A DNA stretch of 64,000 nt from Bdellovibrionales bacterium. GTDB lineage: Bacteria; Bdellovibrionota; Bdellovibrionia; Bdellovibrionales; JAGQZY01. This document shows positions 9,852-18,414 of this stretch, piece after piece. The stretch covers positions 192,001 through 256,000 of the forward strand of contig CAXRHT010000001.1 of the NCBI GenBank assembly GCA_964230645.1, read 5' to 3'. Within the stretch, counting starts at the first letter, position 1. Each line of letters opens with the position of its first letter. A model generated the notes under the pieces. It saw only the letters and a program-made list of their open reading frames with translations, ran no database searches and had not been told where the DNA came from. Both the position numbers and the translations under genes were made by a program.

Positions 9852-10716
9852 TAGAGCTTTCTTGAGCCTCGGGACTATTTCTAAACCGATTGTGGCAACC
9901 TACAAGTTCAATGACATGATTACAAAAGGCTCTCATAGGCTGGGAGGGATACTCCTGCTCAGGCATATTGCATTCCTCTTGAAATAGAGGTCTCATTTCG
10001 TGTAAACATTTGGCTTGATCGAGCCCCCTTTGTTCAGGGGGAAGAATCGGCTCAGAACCGAAATACTCGAAAGTTCGAGTCTCCTCAAAGGCCACTCCCT
10101 GCCCTAACTCTTGCTCACAAGCGGACCTCAAGGCTTCAAAGCGTTGCAACTTGTCCTTAATGCAATAAGCTTGACGCTCTTGCCAGGTTTCGTTTCTATC
10201 AAAAGCGGCTCTCATCCAATTAGAAAGTCCCCAAATGATTCCAATAATTCCGCCCGTTCCATTGGGATCAAGAGCAAAGGCTTTTGTAAAAACAAGATGA
10301 GAGGGCTCGGTGGCTTTGGCATTTTGAAATCCGAGGATATTGTCGATTTTTCCTTTATTGGGAAGACTATAGGTACGACCATTAATATTTAACTTGGTAT
10401 GGGACTTGTTAGCCTTTTCAAAATAAACCACATATTTTTTATTTCTGGTTTGAATATGAATCTTAGCTTTGATGAGTTTGATTTTTTCTTTTTTAATCGA
10501 CTTTAAAAATGAAATTGTTTTTTGAGCGTTAATTGGAGACATGACCAAAAGAAAAGACTTTTGAATATCTTTGAAATCTATTGGCTTCGTCATTTTTTCA
10601 TAGACCATATTTGTCATGACAAAAGACGACAGTGCCGGCATGGGCTTTTTATTTTTATCGCTCGCCTGAGTTGTTAGAGAAAATACCGTAAACGAGGATA
10701 GCAATATCTTTACCAT
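9829..10716 (-). CDS. Hypothetical secreted protein
   Basis: 295-aa ORF with a signal-peptide-like start, a basic N-half and a Cys-containing helical C-half. Overlaps the S41 gene convergently by 23 bp. Confidence 0.65.
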   Translation of the reverse strand: MVKILLSSFTVFSLTTQASDKNKKPMPALSSFVMTNMVYEKMTKPIDFKDIQKSFLLVMSPINAQKTISFLKSIKKEKIKLIKAKIHIQTRNKKYVVYFEKANKSHTKLNINGRTYSLPNKGKIDNILGFQNAKATEPSHLVFTKAFALDPNGTGGIIGIIWGLSNWMRAAFDRNETWQERQAYCIKDKLQRFEALRSACEQELGQGVAFEETRTFEYFGSEPILPPEQRGLDQAKCLHEMRPLFQEECNMPEQEYPSQPMRAFCNHVIELVGCHNRFRNSPEAQESSTIDEVAR

Positions 10717-11030
10717 GGCTTTATGATAGACCCTCCATTGTCAGCAGATACTAAAAGTTCACAGAACTAGACGTAAAGCGGGATATCATGATCCCTCCAA
10801 TTCGCATCCAAAAGGGTTCTCCTTTTTGTTTATTGATTCAATCTGATACACTTGAGCAGAAGTGTACGACTGTATAGAAATTAGTGTTTCAATAGGATAT
10901 GCTATTTAGCCTTTAAACCTCAGCCGTTAACCAAGTGGTTTGAAGGTATTAATTTTGGATTTTTCTAGATCATTCTATCTGGAATCATCCTTGCACCTTA
11001 AGAGGGTGGTATGGATCATGAGGGGGCATT

Positions 11031-13385
11031 TTGATACGCAAACGAATTTCTTTCATCTTATCTCTATTAACTGTTAGCGCCGTGTTTGGATTTCAAAGTT
11101 GTGGACCAGGGTTTTCTGGAAGTGACTTGGACATCGGAGCACAATTTAACTCTTCAGCCCTTCTGAATAGCGCTGACATTAAAGGAAATCTTTACCTAGA
11201 GGGACGTAGACTTTCTGGGGTTGTTTGTTCCAATGACCACTATGTCGAATTGGAAGTCGGAGCTGGTTCTAATAAAAAAAATATCCAACCAGCCCTCACC
11301 TTCACCGGAAGTGATCTTAAAAAGCAAAACCGTTTTATCAGTAAAGAATGTCAGAATATGACTCACCTGAGTTTTTTCAGTGCCAATCTTCCCAATTCAC
11401 TTAAAAATACTAAGAATTGGAAGGTAATTGGTCAGCATAGTGCCATGTCTTTTGAACCGATCTTACTCAACAGCAAGGGACGCAATTATGGAATTCTTTA
11501 CCACACCTGGCACTGCCCGGTTTCCGAAGAATTTGATCCTGATCATGTTTACGATGTTGAAAAAATCCTGAAAGGACAAGGAGACTGGGGACCTTTAAAC
11601 TGGCCTCATTGGGTGGGAAAACCATTTGACGGTTACTACTGCTTAAAGAACCGACCCGAGATCATTAAAAAGCACGCCATCCAATTAGTGAATGCTGGAA
11701 TTGACTATATTTATATCGATATCACCAATTGGCCTTACGCCTACAATGACGATGGAGGCTACGATCAGGAATTTAAAGATAAAATCCATGATCCTCTTAT
11801 GAAGCTTCTACAAGTCTACAGGCAACTCCAGGCATCAGGAATCGCCGTTCCTAAAGTTGTTCCCTGGATTGGAGCCACCAATTACCAAAAGAAAAGGGAC
11901 ATTCGTTACAAGAATTCCGTGGTCAAATGGGCCCGTGAGGTCTTCCATCCACAATCTGCTGGTGTAAGGTTTCACGACGGTTCTAAGCCCTTTCTCTTTT
12001 ATAAAGTGGCCAATGGCCACTACAATTACCCTGATGTTAAACCCATGATTGATCAGCTAAGAGACAAATTCTACCCCATTCCGAAATGGGCTCAAGTGGA
12101 ACACTTTGCTAAAAGTCCGCAAAAACCTTTTGAAGGCCTTAATAAAAGAGGTGTGTGGAGCTATCTTGAACCCTGTAAAGTGGATGGGAACCACAACATT
12201 GTAAAAGGCTGTAAGCAAAGACGAGCCGGCAACCAGGCTTCCGTCGCTCCTGCCTATCAACACAGTCATATGCTTCATCCCTTAGCTCAAGGTAAAAATA
12301 ATGGCATTACCCTTTATCATCAGTTCCAAGGGGCCATGAAAAATGGAATCCGTTTTGTGTCCATTGCGAGCTGGAACGAGTGGTTGGGTAGAAAATCGTG
12401 CAAAAGCATTCCTCACTCAGGGAATGCCCCGCTTTTTATTGAGCATGATGATATCTCGGACTACTTTAACTACCGCTGTCGGCAAGGCGCTGAGGAGACT
12501 GTCACTTATCAAGGAAAACAGTATCCTTTCTTTGCTGATGCGTTCAACTATAACCGTTCACGAGGCCTTGAGCCCAATAGAAAGTTCTCTGACTGCTACT
12601 ATCAGTTGATGAGACATATGATTCATGCTGATAAAATGGGACAAGGAGACCTCTCTCCTAAGGAAAAACAATCGTTTGCTAAAAATTGTGGATTTAAAAA
12701 CTTACGGTCTCCTTCTAGCTACACCCCAGTGGAACTTCCAGAAGCCAAACCGGTGAAGACGAATCCACAACCTAAGAAACCTACGCCTAAGAAGCCTACA
12801 CCTAAGAAGCCTACACCTAAGAAACCTACGCCTAAGAAGCCTACACCTAAGAAGCCTACACCTAAGAAACCTACGCCTAAGAAACCTACACCTAAGAAGC
12901 CTACACCTAAGAAACCTACACCTAAGAAACCTACACCTAAGAAACCTACACCTAAGAAACCTACACCTAAGAAACCTACACCTAAAAGTCCAAATCCCGC
13001 TCCTAAAAAGGTTTCCTACGGTCCTGTCGTTGGTAGTATCGCTAGTGTGGCAAAACTTAAAGATGGGAGAGTTCGAATCAAAGGTTGGGCTTGTCAAAAA
13101 GGCGTGGATAAGTCGATCGCTGTTCATATCTATGTGGGCAATCCTTATCGGTCAAAAAATAGTGGTGACTTTTTCGGAAAGGCTCTCACTCGCGATCGAT
13201 CAGAAAAGGCCGTGCATGACGAATGTAAAACCAAAGGGTCTGTCACTCACCGATTTGACCTCATTTTCTCTGAAAAGAAGAGAGTACGATTTAAAGGGAA
13301 AAAGGTTTATATGTACGGTATCCGAGAGAAAGGCTCCGTTACAAATTCCAGCCTCAATCGTTCGGGTCAATTTAGAATTCCCTAA
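11031..13385 (+). CDS. Lipoprotein with GH71/GH99-like glycoside hydrolase domain, (PKKPT)14 linker and C-terminal GWAC-motif beta domain
   Basis: Lipobox FQSC; motifs YHTWH, GKPFDGYY, HAIQLVNAGIDYIYID, SWNEW and LEP resemble GH99-like TIM barrels; C-terminal GWAC...SIAVHIY...HRF. Confidence 0.7.
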   Translation: MIRKRISFILSLLTVSAVFGFQSCGPGFSGSDLDIGAQFNSSALLNSADIKGNLYLEGRRLSGVVCSNDHYVELEVGAGSNKKNIQPALTFTGSDLKKQNRFISKECQNMTHLSFFSANLPNSLKNTKNWKVIGQHSAMSFEPILLNSKGRNYGILYHTWHCPVSEEFDPDHVYDVEKILKGQGDWGPLNWPHWVGKPFDGYYCLKNRPEIIKKHAIQLVNAGIDYIYIDITNWPYAYNDDGGYDQEFKDKIHDPLMKLLQVYRQLQASGIAVPKVVPWIGATNYQKKRDIRYKNSVVKWAREVFHPQSAGVRFHDGSKPFLFYKVANGHYNYPDVKPMIDQLRDKFYPIPKWAQVEHFAKSPQKPFEGLNKRGVWSYLEPCKVDGNHNIVKGCKQRRAGNQASVAPAYQHSHMLHPLAQGKNNGITLYHQFQGAMKNGIRFVSIASWNEWLGRKSCKSIPHSGNAPLFIEHDDISDYFNYRCRQGAEETVTYQGKQYPFFADAFNYNRSRGLEPNRKFSDCYYQLMRHMIHADKMGQGDLSPKEKQSFAKNCGFKNLRSPSSYTPVELPEAKPVKTNPQPKKPTPKKPTPKKPTPKKPTPKKPTPKKPTPKKPTPKKPTPKKPTPKKPTPKKPTPKKPTPKKPTPKKPTPKSPNPAPKKVSYGPVVGSIASVAKLKDGRVRIKGWACQKGVDKSIAVHIYVGNPYRSKNSGDFFGKALTRDRSEKAVHDECKTKGSVTHRFDLIFSEKKRVRFKGKKVYMYGIREKGSVTNSSLNRSGQFRIP
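12771..12985 (+). repeat. Coding tandem repeat, 14 x 15 bp (CCTAAGAARCCTACR), encoding PKKPT
   Basis: Directly visible; units differ only at synonymous positions. Confidence 0.97.
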
Positions 13386-13454
13386 ACGACCAGTCATCCA
13401 GACTCCTTGCTTTATAGGAAGTCACAAGTATAGACTTCAAGCAAGGAGACTCAA

Positions 13455-13877
13455 ATGCTAGAAAAAGACAAGGTTCTCGCCTACACTCTTCTTCGACTTA
13501 CAATGGGTGTGAACATGCTAGGACATGGGATCGTTCGAATCCCAAAAATTTTTGGTTTTAGAGATTGGATGCTGGAAGTCTTTTCCAGTTCCCTACTTCC
13601 CGACTTTCTCGTAGACCTATTCGGTCTCAGTTTACCATTTTTAGAACTAGGACTGGGTGTACTTTTAGTTTTAGGACTTTTTACTCGGCAAGCTCTGCAT
13701 TTTGGGGCTTTATTAATCCTCGCCCTTATTTTTGGGTCTTGCTTGGTTGAGAAGTGGGATTGGGTCGCCTTTCAAATGATCTACGCCCTTTTCTATTTCA
13801 CTTTGTCACTTTTTATCGATTTGAATCAAATTTCTCTAGACAACCAAATACTTAAAAAAACAAAAGGGAACCTTTAG
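13455..13877 (+). CDS. DoxX family membrane protein
   Basis: LLRLTMGVNMLGHG and LPFLELGLGVLLVLGLFTR; four TM segments; AGGAG RBS. Confidence 0.85.
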   Translation: MLEKDKVLAYTLLRLTMGVNMLGHGIVRIPKIFGFRDWMLEVFSSSLLPDFLVDLFGLSLPFLELGLGVLLVLGLFTRQALHFGALLILALIFGSCLVEKWDWVAFQMIYALFYFTLSLFIDLNQISLDNQILKKTKGNL

Positions 13878-13886
13878 TTCCCTTTT
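13862..13886. terminator. Bidirectional terminator hairpin
   Basis: AAAAGGGAAC-CTTTA-GTTCCCTTTT between convergent genes. Confidence 0.75.
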
Positions 13887-13959
13887 ACCAACTGGCCGCC
13901 AAACCACTCGAATTTTTATTAAAGTCCCATGAAATCAAGCAGCCGACATTTTGTTTTTA

Positions 13960-14787
13960 TTAATAGGCCTGTAAATATTCGTTCGGGATTGAACTATTAA
14001 CTATCACTCTCACAGTGGAGCGATTGGCAAGAACTCCGGAACGCCTTCCTCCGATTTCCCTCATTAACCCATTTAGTTTTTCAGCCACTGAGAGGCGTGT
14101 GCGTATACAACCAGCCGAGGCTCGGGAACCGAGGTATTTGTAATTGCCTGTGCTCGTTGCGTGAATAAAAATATTTCCATGAATTTGCATGGCGTAATAA
14201 AGAGCGGCTCCAGAATAGAGGCTTGAGACTCTATTTCTTCCGGCTAACTCTTCGACATTGAAAAATCCATTGGGTGTGATTTTACCAGAACGAGCGGTTG
14301 ATACATAGGCCCAAAGCGATCCACCGAAGTCCATTTGCATACCGTTACGGAAAGCATAAAGACGTTGGGAACTCTTTGAAACCATGATGCAAAGAGGACG
14401 ACTGAGGCAGTCCATATACTGGGCATGCCCAACGGATCTTTGAATTCGAGCCGCATTGTAAATTTTTTCCTTATCGAAATCCTCCATCGCCTCTTCATCC
14501 AGACCATAAAACCAGGCGATTTCCTCACTGTCTAACTTTTCTAGAACATCGTCACCGGCAAGATTTTTATTCTCTCCAAGGAGAGCCTGGTAGGCTTTCT
14601 TTTGCGCCGGGCTCAATTCTTCATCGTCCATTACCTGCTGCAAGAATTTTGCACGCTCATCGGGATGACTTTTGAAATATTCATAGGGCGAATTTTCCCC
14701 AAAGGTTAGACTTTCTGCTTCAGCGAACAGACTGATAGACATTAGAGACATGACTAGCATTAATACACGAAAACTTTTTACGATCAT
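13960..14787 (-). CDS. L,D-transpeptidase (YkuD family), secreted
   Basis: VSKSSQRLY, VSTARSGKITPNGFF and IFIHAT...LGSRASAGCIR (catalytic His and Cys); GGGAGG RBS. Confidence 0.88.
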   Translation of the reverse strand: MIVKSFRVLMLVMSLMSISLFAEAESLTFGENSPYEYFKSHPDERAKFLQQVMDDEELSPAQKKAYQALLGENKNLAGDDVLEKLDSEEIAWFYGLDEEAMEDFDKEKIYNAARIQRSVGHAQYMDCLSRPLCIMVSKSSQRLYAFRNGMQMDFGGSLWAYVSTARSGKITPNGFFNVEELAGRNRVSSLYSGAALYYAMQIHGNIFIHATSTGNYKYLGSRASAGCIRTRLSVAEKLNGLMREIGGRRSGVLANRSTVRVIVNSSIPNEYLQAY

Positions 14788-15053
14788 TGACCCTCCCAGG
14801 ACTCAAATTAAAAAATGTCAATTTGTTACTGAGAGGTAAAACTACTCGATATTCAGGCGAATAATGAGATCTTTTTCTCAATACTGAATTGTTTTCCTCG
14901 ATTGTATTTTTTATATAAATAAGCAAAAAAGAAGCGAGCTCGAAAGATCAAAATTTTTCGGAGAATTGGGGCGGAAAAATGTCTGTAAACCCCTGAACTT
15001 TGGCCTTTGGATTCTGAATTAAATTCGAAGGTTTTTAAGAAACGAGAGGAAGT

Positions 15054-15266
15054 CTAATTTCCTTCACTCGAACTTTGGTAATCGAGGTTTTTCTCCCGAT
15101 CTTTGCCCGCAGAGTTTTCCTCTTCATCCCCTTGCAAATTTCTTTTGTCGACATCCTCTTTAAGTCCACCATTTTCTCTGGCTTGAACGTCTTCTGAGCT
15201 ATTGCCTGCTTCTGAGGGCGATGCTTTCGTACTGTCATTCATATTAAATCCGCCTTGGTTTCTCAT
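15054..15266 (-). CDS. Small acidic hypothetical protein (uncertain)
   Basis: 70-aa hydrophilic ORF filling the gap, with TATACT upstream; no recognisable family. Confidence 0.35.
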   Translation of the reverse strand: MRNQGGFNMNDSTKASPSEAGNSSEDVQARENGGLKEDVDKRNLQGDEEENSAGKDREKNLDYQSSSEGN

Positions 15267-15338
15267 TTATCACAGTAGTATAGCAACAAACGGACCTCTA
15301 CGGCCTCTAACGAATATGCACAAATTGTGAAAGATTCA

Positions 15339-16352
15339 TCAAAAAGTGACTAGACCCAGGGCCTCATAGGTTTTCTTGCGCGTCTCAATAGCAACACTAC
15401 GAGCTCTCTCGGCATTGGTTTTCATGATATTTTTGAGATGATCAGGGTTTTCCATAAGATCTTGATACTTTTCCTGAACCGGAGCGAAGGTATCGCAAAC
15501 AAGATCGGCCAGTGCTACCTTCAGATGACCATACATTTTACCTTCGAACTCTTTTTCGATTTGATCCATCGTTTGCCCGCTTAGGACAGAATAGATTGTC
15601 ATCAAATTAGCCAGCCCCTTTTTATTTTCCTCATCATATTTGATGACCGCATTGGGATCAGAGTCCGTCACGGCCGCTTTAATTTTCTTTTGGATTTTTT
15701 TAGGGGGATCAATGATCGAAACAAAAGCCTTAGGGTTCTCATCGGATTTTGACATTTTTTTATCAGGGTCTTGCAACGACATGATACGAGCCCCGGATTT
15801 TCCTATAAAAGGTTCTGGAACTGTGAAAATAGGGTTTGCCTCGCTCGCGTATCGCTTATTAAACGAGAGAGCCAGATCACGAGTGAGTTCAAGATGTTGT
15901 TTCTGGTCGGCACCCACAGGCACGAGGTCGGCTTGGTAGAGTAAAATGTCGGCGGCCATTAATACCGGGTAGGTATAAAGACCGTTATTGATTTCTTTGG
16001 TTCGCTCTGATTTTTCTTTGAACTGGGTCATTCGGTTCAGAGCTCCCATGGGGGTGATACAGTTAAGGGCCCAGCAGAGTTCTGCATGCTCAGGCACATG
16101 AGACTGAACAAAGACCACATTGCGATCAGGATCTAAACCACAGGCTAGGTACTGAGCAAAAAAACTCAGCACTCTTTTCTGCAATTCTTCCGGGCGTTGA
16201 AATACGGTCAGCGAGTGCAGGTCAGCCACCATATAAAAGCAATCGTACTGCTCTTGCATGGGTTTCCAATTGTTGATCGCACCGACGTAGTTACCTAAGG
16301 TAAGGTCACCGGTTGTCGTACTAGCACTCAAAACTTTCTTTTTTTTCGTCAT
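15339..16352 (-). CDS. trpS: Tryptophan--tRNA ligase
   Basis: TLGN (HIGH variant), ADLHSLT, YPVLMAADILLY, VPVGADQKQHLE and KMSKS. Confidence 0.97.
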   Translation of the reverse strand: MTKKKKVLSASTTTGDLTLGNYVGAINNWKPMQEQYDCFYMVADLHSLTVFQRPEELQKRVLSFFAQYLACGLDPDRNVVFVQSHVPEHAELCWALNCITPMGALNRMTQFKEKSERTKEINNGLYTYPVLMAADILLYQADLVPVGADQKQHLELTRDLALSFNKRYASEANPIFTVPEPFIGKSGARIMSLQDPDKKMSKSDENPKAFVSIIDPPKKIQKKIKAAVTDSDPNAVIKYDEENKKGLANLMTIYSVLSGQTMDQIEKEFEGKMYGHLKVALADLVCDTFAPVQEKYQDLMENPDHLKNIMKTNAERARSVAIETRKKTYEALGLVTF

Positions 16353-16390
16353 AGACAATTCTTAGCTTAAAACCGCCAAACAGGCAAAGG

Positions 16391-17905
16391 CTACATTTTC
16401 TGACCAGACTCAAAAACGGGATGAAGCTCCCCCCCAGGCTCAGCGGGATGAGAGATTTTAAGCCACAGGTCACTCTCCCCTTTCACCATTCGCACTCGCC
16501 ATTTATTTTTAGAAAAATCCAAGGGTGTCGGTAATGGGTGAGGTTCTAAATTCTTCCCCTGGCCGTCAAACTTCACAATTTCAGAGATTTTATGACTTTT
16601 GTAGCGAGGACCTAATATGTTTTTACTTTTCTTGTCAAAATGAAGGCCCACTAGAGAGTAGCCCACTTTTTTAGCAAAAACGCGCCAGTTCTCAGTGACC
16701 ACATTGTAGACGTAGATCTCCCCTCCGCGATCTTCGTTATAAAGATAAATTTCACTACGATAGGGGTTAAATGTCATAGCCGTTGGCCACCGGAGGGCAG
16801 GAATTGTCAATGGAGCATGGATGGGAGTGAAATCATTTTTTTCTTTATTCCATGTTCCGAATTGAAAATTTCGAATCACAAAAAGTTTGTCTGAACCCTT
16901 ATCATAGTGGGCCTGCATGGTTTTTTCAGGCAGAGGAAAAGTTTTCACTTGGCCATCTTGTTTCAATTGGTAGTGATCGGCTAAAAGAGTTTTACCTTGC
17001 CTTTTCCAGTGGATGCCATTGGCAAATCGGGAGTCATCCACAGTGGAGCTTAATCCTCGCTCGATACTCTCAGGCTCTTGATTGGGAATATCTAAAAAGG
17101 GCACCTTAAAATAGCGTCCCACTTCCTTGCCCTGGAAACTCGAAATACTCTTTCCTGTGTATTCTTTCAATGCCAAAGCCAGGCGACGAAACTCGTTTTC
17201 AGAATTCCCTAGCTCTTCCCAAGCAATGGGATAAGCGCAGAGTTGATCTTTGGTAAAATAGGTCACCTTGGTTTCTTTAGAAAGACCATCAATCCACACA
17301 AGCTCTGGTCCGATCACAATCACTTCTTTCACATTCGATAAAGCTTGATCCTTCCAATTTTCGGGTAACTCTTTGTTTCGATCAAGGACCACAGAAATAT
17401 CTTCGACGACTTGAGACTCTTCGGGAGGAGTGACCAGGGGTTCCGTCATCGAGACATGAGGAGGTACAAACTCTAGATTCCATTGCAGCATAGTTTGGCT
17501 AATTAAAACCAAGGTGGTTGGATACTTAAAGGACTCTAACTGAATATCGACGAAATGGCCTGGTTCGACTTTGCCATTTTCCATAAAACTGGGGCGAGGT
17601 CGCGCGACAGAAACCACATGCAGTTTCTCAAACTTTTGCTCTGGGTTAACCCATAAAGATTCTGGACAATTTTTTTGTGACTGGCAGAGAGAATCTTTAT
17701 TAACAGCGCTTTTAGGAATGGACCAATAAGCTTCATCGGTGTTGTGATCACCACACGCAAAGCTTACCTGCGCCTCGTTATCTTCCATTCTTTTTTCAGC
17801 CTGGTAAAAAAGGCTTTTAAGGAAGAGCAGCATTCCGAGCTGCACACACATTAGAAAGATAAAAATATTGAAACACCATTTAAACCATTTATCAGAACCA
17901 ATCAT
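16391..17905 (-). CDS. Hypothetical membrane-anchored periplasmic protein with probable C-terminal beta-propeller
   Basis: 504-aa ORF with an N-terminal TM helix and propeller-like repeats (WPTAMTFNP, GLHFDKK). Confidence 0.75.
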   Translation of the reverse strand: MIGSDKWFKWCFNIFIFLMCVQLGMLLFLKSLFYQAEKRMEDNEAQVSFACGDHNTDEAYWSIPKSAVNKDSLCQSQKNCPESLWVNPEQKFEKLHVVSVARPRPSFMENGKVEPGHFVDIQLESFKYPTTLVLISQTMLQWNLEFVPPHVSMTEPLVTPPEESQVVEDISVVLDRNKELPENWKDQALSNVKEVIVIGPELVWIDGLSKETKVTYFTKDQLCAYPIAWEELGNSENEFRRLALALKEYTGKSISSFQGKEVGRYFKVPFLDIPNQEPESIERGLSSTVDDSRFANGIHWKRQGKTLLADHYQLKQDGQVKTFPLPEKTMQAHYDKGSDKLFVIRNFQFGTWNKEKNDFTPIHAPLTIPALRWPTAMTFNPYRSEIYLYNEDRGGEIYVYNVVTENWRVFAKKVGYSLVGLHFDKKSKNILGPRYKSHKISEIVKFDGQGKNLEPHPLPTPLDFSKNKWRVRMVKGESDLWLKISHPAEPGGELHPVFESGQKM

Positions 17906-17911
17906 ATGTTC

Positions 17912-17938
17912 TTATCGGTGTTTTGCCAAAAAAACTTA
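17912..17938 (-). promoter_or_regulatory. Sigma28 (FliA)-type promoter
   Basis: Reverse strand reads TAAG-N15-ACCGATAA, ending 6 nt before the ATG at 17905. Confidence 0.7.
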
Positions 17939-18181
17939 CTTATTAAAGAATAAAAACGCCTAAAAAACAGGCTGACCAAGGGTTAGGTCTGCTGTCACTT
18001 TCTTAACTGAGAAATTACAGTGCAAAAAAAGAGAGCAAAGCTTAAAAGTAAAGTTTCAACATCGAGCAAAAAAACCTGCCTACACACTGTACATCGGTCC
18101 AGAATAAACCACATATTCAGCACATAAAGGCTGACAGGTATTTAAATTCCATGAAATTCACTCGACCCGAATAAAACCTGT

Positions 18182-18210
18182 TTGACAGCCCTGGGGGTTA
18201 GCACTACCGT
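18182..18210 (+). promoter_or_regulatory. Sigma70-type promoter of nrdAB
   Basis: TTGACA-N17-TACCGT. Confidence 0.65.
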
Positions 18211-18231
18211 CTTTAGACAGGGATACACATC

Positions 18232-18278
18232 AACCTAGATGTAGTATGAACAAAGTGGGAAAAAACTAGATTTAGTTA
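18232..18278 (+). promoter_or_regulatory. Tandem NrdR boxes
   Basis: aacCTAGATGTAGtat (18232-18247) and aaaCTAGATTTAGtta (18263-18278) start 31 bp apart, matching the NrdR consensus and spacing, upstream of nrdA. Confidence 0.85.
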
Positions 18279-18414
18279 AATCTTTCCAAAAGAAAGACCA
18301 AAATCTGGAAGCAACAAAAGGAGGCCTCGGCCTTCTTTTGGCGTCTTATACACTTTTTTTCAAGGACTATAGTCTAGGTCGTGTTCAAACAGCAAGTTTG
18401 GGGAGGCGAGACGA

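Noticed and set aside
12771..12985. CRISPR array (also considered for 47530-47602 and 59397-59473)
   Set aside because: No unique spacers of CRISPR length and no cas genes.
12702..13127. Minus-strand ORF with (RCRFL)n repeats
   Set aside because: Antisense shadow of the PKKPT repeat; variation is synonymous in the + frame.
5083..13385. Intact prophage or integrative element at tRNA-Gly
   Set aside because: No integrase, phage or conjugation genes; the only att-like repeat I found is 161 bp from the tRNA.
15339..16352. TrpRS lacking the HIGH histidine (TLGN)
   Set aside because: T-x-GN is a known normal variant in bacterial TrpRS.
18211..18414. Cobalamin or other known riboswitch in the nrdA leader
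   Set aside because: No recognisable conserved riboswitch core by eye; the NrdR boxes already explain regulation. An Rfam scan would settle it.
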